64,000 nt of DNA from Octopus sinensis (taxonomy: Eukaryota): NCBI RefSeq assembly GCF_006345805.1, contig NC_042998.1:137268001-137332000 (forward strand), written 5' to 3'. A model generated the notes under the pieces. It saw only the letters and a program-made list of their open reading frames with translations. It was not told the DNA's origin and made no database searches. Below are positions 55,701 through 64,000 of this stretch, in pieces (position 1 is the first letter of the stretch; every line of letters starts with the position of its first letter). A program made the position numbers and the translations under genes.

Positions 55701-56963
55701 CTAGCAAAGACTGAGAAAAGGATATTATTACAATAATTACACACATGAAACACACACTCTTTATATTAATCACCCACTAAAATAACTCACACAACACATC
55801 ATTTACACAATCACCACCCAGTAAAAATCTGAATACCAAAGATAGAGTAAAATGATATTTTATTAAACTGAAAACACTTCACAAACTGTTACTCAGAGAT
55901 TGGTTGCATGAAACTCTCAGTAACATCATCGTCGTCGTTGTCATCATCATCATCATCATCATTTAACGTCCACTTTCCATGCTGGCATGGGTTAGATGGT
56001 TTGACTGAGGACTGGCAAACCCAATCTGATCTGGCAAGGTTTCTACAGCTGGATGCCCTTCTTAACACCAACCACTCCAAGAGTGTAGTGGCTGTGTATC
56101 AATATAGTATGGTGTGTATCAAGAAAGTATGGTGTGTATCAATAACAGTATCAATAAAATACTACTTTACTCTGTGTGTCTACTATGAAGGTTTACATCT
56201 ACTATATCAAACCTTGATACTGTGTGGAATGGATTATGTTGTAGTGCACCTGAGCACTGTATACAATAATTTCATTCATTATTATTTTTACTTATTGACA
56301 GACCTCTGTCTTTAAAGTGTTACACACTCATAGCATGCAAATTAGTAGCCCCAGTTCTCTGAAGCTACAAGATTTGATGTGTATAATTGGTTACTTATTT
56401 TTATGGGATTGGTCAAGTGATGTAGACACCACTGATGAGAACCCAGTTAGGTTCAAAAATCATTTAAGGTTGATTGTCATGTTTTCAATCTACAGAGAAA
56501 CGGGTAAATTTATTTGACATGTTTGTAAGCCTCCTACATAGTAATTGTAACCGATACCCAATACTGTATAATGCATTTCACCCATCACCAAAATCTCACT
56601 TTCTACATAATTACCACTCAGTGAATCCCAATCTTTATGCCCCTGCATCCTTAGGAAATATTTGATCAATTTCCACCCACTACTCCCGACAAAAATGTCA
56701 TATTTAAAGATGTAGAAGTCAGTTTTCTAATAATTAATTAATTAATTTTTTTTTTCAAAACTTGAGTGGAATAGAACAAAGAAGTGTTTAATAGAACAAA
56801 GTAGTTATATAAGGAGTTAATTAATAATTTTTATGCTGGAAAGAGGTGCAATTTCAATAAAGTGTATACTTCACCCACCCTCTTTGTTGCAAACCCCTGG
56901 AAAGCCATCTTGCACATTCTGAGATGGGGTACAAGTAACACAGATGGAGTGGAGGGGAAAGAG

Positions 56964-56973
56964 AATAACAATA

Positions 56974-57067
<94 letters not shown>

Positions 57068-57069
57068 TG

Positions 57070-57164
<95 letters not shown>

Positions 57165-57378
57165 AAGAAGAAAGAAGAAGAAGAAAGAAGAAGAAGAGAA
57201 GAAGAAAGAAAGAAAGAAGAAGAAGAAAGAAGAAGAAGAAGAGAAAGAAGAAGAAGAAGAAGAAGAAGAAGAAGAAGAAAGAAGAAGAAGAAGAAAGAAG
57301 AAGAAGAAGAAGAAGAAGAAGAAGAAGAAGAAGAAGAAGAAGAAGAAGAGAAGAAGAAGAAGAAGAAGAAGAAGAAGA
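56964..57378. repeat. Compound trinucleotide microsatellite (GAT)n-(GAC)n-(AAT)n-(AAG)n
   Basis: Seen directly. Confidence 0.97.
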
Positions 57379-57934
57379 AAGGGGCAAATTTGTTTACATT
57401 CTACAATAAACAAGATTTAGTGATTTTACTAGAGAATCCAGTAAAACATACACACACACCCACACACACTTGTATTGCTTTGGGCCATCCAGAAATTGGT
57501 CCGCTAGAAACAATGTGATCCTTTGTTTCTTCCCAACCTCTATATGTTTTGCCTTTACATTTCGTATTCTCAATTTGTCACTAATATTTTCGCAAAGTAG
57601 TGTAAGGGAGGTAATAAAGATTTACAGAAATGTTCAGTGTTTATACAGAGTTAGTTCCCTTTACTTTGTGATCTTTAGAAATTTGTAATCTACTGTAATG
57701 TATTTTCTGAAAAGAAAATAAGATAAAATAACATAAGATAAAATGAAAACAATAATAAACGAGTGAAGAACAAATATGTAGTGCGTATATTTATTTAGCA
57801 AGGGGAAAAAAATGACTGTCCCGAAATATAACAGCATTTTATAAAGTTTTCTCAAAAGTAAAAAGGAACATGAATATATTCCTTTTTGATTTAACGAAAA
57901 AAAAAGAAGAAGAGCAAAAGCTTTTCTCTTATAG

Positions 57935-58109
57935 GTACAAGGCCTAAAATTTTGCGAAAGGGGATAAGTCGACTCCAGTATTTCACTGGTGCTTAATTTA
58001 TCAACCCCGCAAGGATGAAAGGCAAATTTGAACTCAGAACGCACCCACGAGCGAAGTACCACGAAGCATTTCGTCCAGCGTGCAAACGATTCTGCCAACT
58101 CGCCGCCTT
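57935..58109 (-). mobile_element. Family-B SINE abutting the Tx1-like 3' tail
   Basis: Reverse complement reads aaggcggcgagttggcagaatcg...gagttcaaatttgcctttcatcc. Confidence 0.82.
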
Positions 58110-58128
58110 AATAATAATGGTAATAATG

Positions 58129-61100
58129 ATTTCTTTTATTTGCCACCAGAGCGAAGACTGAGGAGGACAATACAAAGACAGGCATAAAGTGTGAAGGGTT
58201 ACATATATTGGAATGAAAAAAGAAAAAAAAAAGAAGTGTACACAGTAAACATTAAAAGAATTGAAGTATACATAGTATACGGCAATAAGGAGAGAAAAGA
58301 AGAAAAATTGTGATGGGGGAGTCCTCCTGTATCAGGAGGACCTCTAGAGATGATCGAGGAACCCCAACAACCAAGATCACCCTGAATACTACGGACAACT
58401 ACCTTTTCCAACTCTTTTCCTCCAACTCACAGGTCTACACTGAGAGTGGTAACATCCACTCTTGCCATTTTTGCAACTTTCACCCTCCTTTTCATAAATT
58501 CACTCGAGGACAGCACCTTCTTCTCCACCCTCACTTTCCTTTTTCAAATGTAACTTGAAAATGTCGATGGGGGCTTTACCAAAGAGGAATGTCTCTGCCC
58601 GCATTCCTTTCAGCCTCGTCCACCAGACAACTGCTTTCGCCACAACAACCAGGCAAAGGAAAATTGCCTTGCCTACCCGATTAAAGGAGGGAGGCAGAGC
58701 AATCATTACTATGGACTCGGACGACGGACGGATCTGTCCTATACGCGACAGCAGCTGTTTGACATTATTCCACAAGTCAGCAATTACCGGACATTGAACG
58801 AGTGCATGCGACAGTTTCGTCGCTCTTGGACAAGCACGTCGATGCCTGTAGAATTTATCTCGAACCGGTAGCACCTCCCGGTATCACTGCCAAGCCAAAA
58901 ACATCTGGAAATTATCCATAATAGTCCCCGACCGAAAAGTCCTCCGGAACAGACTAATCAGTTCATCCTCCTCAACGCCCAGAGTCTCCCCGAGGACGTC
59001 GTCGCACTTCCCACCGCTAATCGTCTATAAATAGCTAAAGTGGAACATCCACCTATTACCCGACTGGTAGAGGACAGTGAACGCCTAACGACATTCTAAG
59101 TGCCAGAGACCCAGTCTTGATATGTCCTTCACCCAGGACCGCAGCTCTGTCAAAGAGATGAGTTACGGAAATACGTGCCTCACAAACGGAGCCCATACAC
59201 GTTCACCTTCTAGAAATCGTTGCGGGTGGCGCAACCTGAGCGCATGTCTGCGCATCAAAAGTCACGGCATGCCTAAGCTGTCACTCAGAGGGAGCTGACA
59301 GCAAATTGACTGCCTAACCATTGGAACGCATCACTCCCACAAGAACATGAACAAAGGACGCTCCAACTTGATCAAGCAATAACTGGAGCAAGGTACGACG
59401 GTCAGACGATATATGATAACGGAGGCGATGTAGTAATTCACCACCTCTGCCCGACCTTTCAAAGACAGCTTCCTCTCAGCCCATTTCTGGGTAAGACTAG
59501 CCACCCCGTTCGTCACCTTGTTCCAGTTCTTATCCACCTGGAGGTCGGGACCAAACCAGAATCGATCTGCCTCTCCTGGTGCCCAGTTGCAAGCCCATCG
59601 ACTTCTCGGCATTGATTTTAGCCCCCGCAACCGACTCATATTCTTCTAGAATGGAACCAACCGTTTCCACTTTGGAGGCGTCCGACACCATGACGGTAAC
59701 GGCGTTCGCGTATGTAGACACTGCTCTTCCAAGTTCCAGTTCGAAATGAAGCCCCTCAATTATTCCAACTTCCACAGCAGTGGCTCGAGAGCCGGTATGC
59801 ACGGAGGAGGTGACAGCGGACAGCCCTGACGGACCGAGCGTGCGATGCTAAACGGTTCAGATAGATGGCCATTTACTTTGACCACCGAGCAGGTGCCGCT
59901 TTAAGGACGGTAGCGATGGTCGACCCTATCGAATGCTTTTGATTGATCCAAATTGACCAGGGTCCCACTGAAACCAGCTTTAGTCCCAGCCTTCTCTATG
60001 ATGTATCGGATAAGGTGAAGGATGTCGTGGATAAACCTGTTCAGGATTACGCACGTTTGTGCTTCCCCTACTAGACTACCAACGACAGTCGCCAATCTTT
60101 TCGCTAACACCTTGCCAAAATCTTAAACTTCAGTGTTTAGCAGAGTTATGAGCCGAAAATTCCCTAGTATGTCACCACTATCAGCGTCCTTCTTCAGCAG
60201 TGTCATCACAACCCCGACAAACAGCACTGGGAATTCTCCCGTTCTGTTGCTAGTTGCGGTAAATGTCTGCCAAGAGATCACCAAACAAATCTGGCATAAA
60301 TATATAGAATTCATTGGGCAGACCATCTATACCTGGCGATTTGCGACTTGTGCAATCACTAATCGCTTCTTGTAGTTCAGTAGCCGTTATCGGCTTTTCG
60401 CAGAACCTTGCGTCCGCAGCCGAGAGCCGCAGCAGGCCATCTAGATACGAACTAAAGTTTGCTACCATCGTTGACCCATCGCTCTCTCCAAACAATTGCG
60501 TGAAGTGTTTCTGAAAAGTCGCACACATCTGCTCAGAACAATGTAGCACGCGCCCGTCCCGATCCGCCAAAGACCCGATCGTGGTTTTGCTGCCACGTCG
60601 CGTTTCCACCGTTCGAGCCCATTGGACGGCTGTAGTTCTTTCATGTTCCTTAGCTCTTACAACGCAACCTTCATGTTTCGCCTCAAAGAAATGGTCAAGA
60701 GTCATTCTCCCCGTTAAGACGTCAGTCGCGATGCCTTTACTAATTGCCTCTTCTATTTTGCTAACTAGTTCTCCCTCTAATCTGTTTCTTTCTATGCCTA
60801 ACCCTTGGCTAAACTCTATCAATTCTGCTCTAATCGGCCTCTTCAGGGTTGTTAGCAATTGCCCCCGTCAATTGCCGCTTGACTAGTTCGCTAATCCGGT
60901 CCTTACAGTCTTTTCGTGCCGTAAAGGACGCGTTCAACTTCTAGTAACTGGGGCCCTGTCTACGCGTCCAATCTAAATCGACTGTGCAATTTGTAGTCTG
61001 TGTAACCGACGAATTTGAATTGTAGACACCCTATACTATCCTTATCCGCTGACCTAACAAATACTGTATCTAGATACGATTTGAATGACCCATTGTGATT

Positions 61101-61192
61101 GCTCCATATCCACACTGGTACATCGGGGAAATCCAGTCGACACCTGTCAGAAAGCTGGAAATTTCTGATCAGGTTTTCGAAGTACTATACCT
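58129..61192 (-). mobile_element. 5'-truncated, frameshifted Tx1-like (L1 clade) LINE ORF2 plus 3' UTR
   Basis: End of APE domain (SYLDTVFVR). KSPGIDGLP, FRLITLLNTE, LAKRL...QTC, LDQSKAFDRVDH, GAKINAEKS, RKLSLKGRAEV and C-terminal HALVQC occur in ORFs 60250..60858, 60123..60326, 59901..60110, 59530..59802, 59331..59639 and 58500..58874. 3' end aataaaagaaat is followed by an (ATT)n tract. CpGs are largely intact. Confidence 0.87.
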
Positions 61193-61692
61193 GAGGATAC
61201 AACATGCCGATTGATCCAGGAACTGGACTAACGAACTTACAATCACAAGCCGAGCAGTCTAACAAGTACGATAGTTTGACCATGACGATGACGATGGCGG
61301 CTCGATGACGACAACGACAACGATGATGTTGATGAGGAGGAGGAGGAGGAGGAGGACACCAATGATGACAACCAGGATGACAACACCAGCGATAATGATA
61401 AAGGCAATAATACGACGATAATCTTGATGACAATGATGATGAGATCATGAACAAGAAAGAGGAGGGAAGAGCTTCATGTTTCATTACATTTTCAAAGATT
61501 AACATTTCCCTTCAGTTTCCATTAATTTGACTATTCTCAAATATTCTATTCAAAATGGTTTTTCAACCCAATATTTGCAAGCTATTATTTATAGCTCTAA
61601 GTATGCTTCGAGATCCACATTCCATAAAAATTGTGTAATATAATTATTTCCTTTGGGAAGAATTTAATTTCTTTTACTTTAATACGTATCCT

Positions 61693-62117
61693 GGCAATCT
61701 TTCGTCTCTAGTAGACCTTTCCGTCGATTTCCGTAAAAATTTTTTTTTTTACATATGGGCTTGCGGGAACTTTTGAAGTAATGAGAGCGAAAGAGACTAA
61801 GAGAAAGCCATTTTATGACGAGGGAAGTTCTTTTGAAGTTACCGTGCATGGCAAGCATTGATGTACATGTGTGTGTGTGTGTGTGTGTTTGATGGGGTGT
61901 GGGAGACAGACAGTATGTTGTGTAAGTGAAGTGCTTCTGTTAGTGTGTGTGAAGAGACAGAGTAATGTGTGAAAGAAAGAGATAACTGAAATGTTTTACT
62001 CGGTGTATGTGTATATGTATGTATATTACTTCAAAAGTTCCCGCAAGCCCATATGTAAAAAAAAATTTTTTTTTTACGGAAATCGACGGAAAGGTCTACT
62101 AGAGACGAAAGATCGCC
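61693..62117. mobile_element. MITE with about 90-bp TIRs and 8-bp TSD, Merlin-like
   Basis: TIRs at 61693-61782 and 62025-62117 (GGCAATCTTTCGTCTCTAGTAGACC... and its inverse). Direct repeat cgtatcct at 61685-61692 and 62118-62125. Confidence 0.85.
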
Positions 62118-62212
62118 CGTATCCTTTTATAATCTAATATTTTGTTTCATCACGTTTACGTCATTCTAAAATGTTATCAGGAGACAAGAGGGAATATAAT
62201 ATACCCTCTTGT

Positions 62213-62412
62213 AGGCGGCGAACTGGCAGAAACGTTAGCACGCCGGCCGAAATGCTTAGCGGTATTTCGTCTGAGTTCAAATTCCGCCGAGGTCGACTTT
62301 GCCTATCATCCTTTTGGGGTCGATAAATTAAGTACCAGTTGCGTACTGGGGTCGTCCTAATCCACTGGCCCCCTCCCCAAAAATTTCGGGCTTTGTACCC
62401 AGAGTAGAAAAG
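62213..62412 (+). mobile_element. Family-B SINE, CpG-intact copy
   Basis: ggcggcgaactggcagaaacgttagcacgccggccgaaatgcttagcgg...gagttcaaattccgccgaggtcgactttgcc. Confidence 0.87.
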
Positions 62413-62564
62413 AATATACCCTCTTGTCTCCAGACAGATTGTACTTGCCGGAATGGTATGGCATTATCTCCCCTGAATTACATGTAACTTATCTCCCCTT
62501 CTCATTTAAATTTGTTCGCAATTGTCAGAAGTTATTTTATCATTACTCTCTTAAAAAGAAGATA

Positions 62565-63072
62565 TCTATATATATAAAACTCTAGTTGTGTGAGTGTCTG
62601 TCCCCTTCGATTTAGATTCCTAACTCCTCCCACATTTTGCTGTGCAGTTTAACCAAAACCGGGTATCTTATAGTCGTGATTCATATCGAGCCCGTCTGAC
62701 TATTAGCGCGCGTCAACGATGAGTCTACGATTTTAAAAATAATTTAACATCATTTTTTATTCCATTTTAATGCATAAAATGCATCGTGTGTCGATGGCGG
62801 CGGAGTTGGCGTCCACGCTCACAGCTGCACCTGTTTGCTTCTCCCCTTCTTCCCTCCCTCGTGAAGCTGTGGGGAAGGGAGTGTAAAGAAATCAACGTCG
62901 TAATGCGTTGTGAAGGAGACCAGCGTTCTTTTAGAACAACGACTTCATGGCTTGAAGACACCAAAACAAAAATGGCTAAGAAAGCCCGAATTTATAAGGG
63001 AAGTAACTCTCTAAAAATGCTTATATAGTTATTTCCCTTACAAACCCGAGCAACGCCGGGCGATACTGCTAG
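62565..63072 (+). mobile_element. Non-autonomous Helitron, copy 1
   Basis: Begins A|TCtatatatataaaac and ends CTAG. GC hairpin cccgagcaacgccggg at 63045-63060. No TIR or TSD. Confidence 0.88.
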
Positions 63073-63583
63073 TCTATATATATAAAACTCTAGTTGTGTG
63101 AGTGTCTGTCCCCTTCGATTTAGATTCCTAACTCCTCCCACATTTTGCGGTGCAGTTTAACCAAATTCGGGTATCTTATAGTCGTGATTCATATCGAGCC
63201 CGTCTGGTTATTAGCGCGCGTCTACGATGAGTCTACGATTTTAAAAATAATTTAACATCATTTTTTATTCCATTTTAATGCATAATCTTTCGTGTGTCAA
63301 TGGCGGCAGAGTTGGCGTCCATGGTCACACCTGCACCTGTTTGCTTCTCCCCCCTTCCCTCCCTCGTGAAGCTGTGGGGAAGGGAGTGTAAAGAAATCAA
63401 CGTCGTAATGCGTTGTCAAGGAGACCAGCCTTCTTTTAGAACAACGACTTCATGGCTTGAAGACACCAAAACAGAAATGGCTAAGAAAGCCCGAATTGGC
63501 ATCTATAAGGGAAGTAACTCTCTAAAAATGCTTATATAGTTATTTCCCTTACAAACCCGAGCAACGCCGGGCGATACTGCTAG
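63073..63583 (+). mobile_element. Non-autonomous Helitron, copy 2 (head-to-tail with copy 1)
   Basis: TC start directly follows the CTAG of copy 1. Same hairpin at 63556-63571. Ends CTAG|T. Confidence 0.88.
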
Positions 63584-64000
63584 TTTTCAATAAATCAAGT
63601 ATTTATCTTGTATGCTATTTGAAATATTTTTATTCGTCTTCAATGTTTTAATGAGATATAGATGTATGTTTAAGAAGCCCGCTTTGCGACCACTCGGTCA
63701 GTCCCTTGGACCTTCTACTATAGCTCAGGCTAAGGCTGTGCCTCGACCTTCACTATACGTGTGGCAAATAGTTGGATTTGTTTTATACAAGACATCAGCT
63801 GTCTAACACAAGCCCATATCTTGCTAATGCATAGATAGTAAACGATTGCATACAGGATGATTTCGCACCCCTGCATGCACCATGGCGGTTTCCAGAGACT
63901 GTCTCAGGTCATGTCACTCTTATCCTCAACTAATCCCCTATTGAAATCTTGAACTGTTTTTCTGCCTAACAGTTTTGTGCAGCTGGTACAGTGCTGTGGG

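Noticed and set aside
56854-57518. ORFs with poly-D/N/K/E/R or poly-L/F/S tracts
   Set aside because: Translations of the compound trinucleotide repeat. No exon structure or domain.

Overview
This is AT-rich, intron-containing eukaryotic DNA. The tRNA-derived SINE families and microsatellite load point to an octopus (inference). One protein-coding gene is recognisable: a five-coding-exon nuclear receptor of the HR4/GCNF (NR6A) type on the + strand. Its CDS is join 23413-25274, 25966-26114, 27820-27881, 28681-29665, 31408-31607 (3258 nt, about 1085 aa), and there are candidate upstream exons near 3.1-3.4 kb. The rest is a transposon landscape: dozens of SINEs including a head-to-tail array at 34.4-36.3 kb, two decayed R4/Dong-like non-LTR copies, a 5'-truncated Tx1-like LINE, an RTE fragment, a decayed Helitron PIF1 helicase, a head-to-tail pair of non-autonomous Helitrons, a Merlin-like MITE with an 8-bp TSD, and two pogo-type MITEs. 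The most unusual observations are: (i) two fold-back inverted duplications whose breakpoints fall at the same GGAC motif of a SINE 3' tail, (ii) a CpG-decayed 18S rRNA fragment whose last 30 nt recur exactly inside a retrotransposon 1.1 kb away, and (iii) the (ATT)n-linked SINE array. All long ORFs in the track outside HR4 and the LINE relics are microsatellite artefacts. Repeat boundaries were read by eye (about +/-20 nt) and no database search was run.
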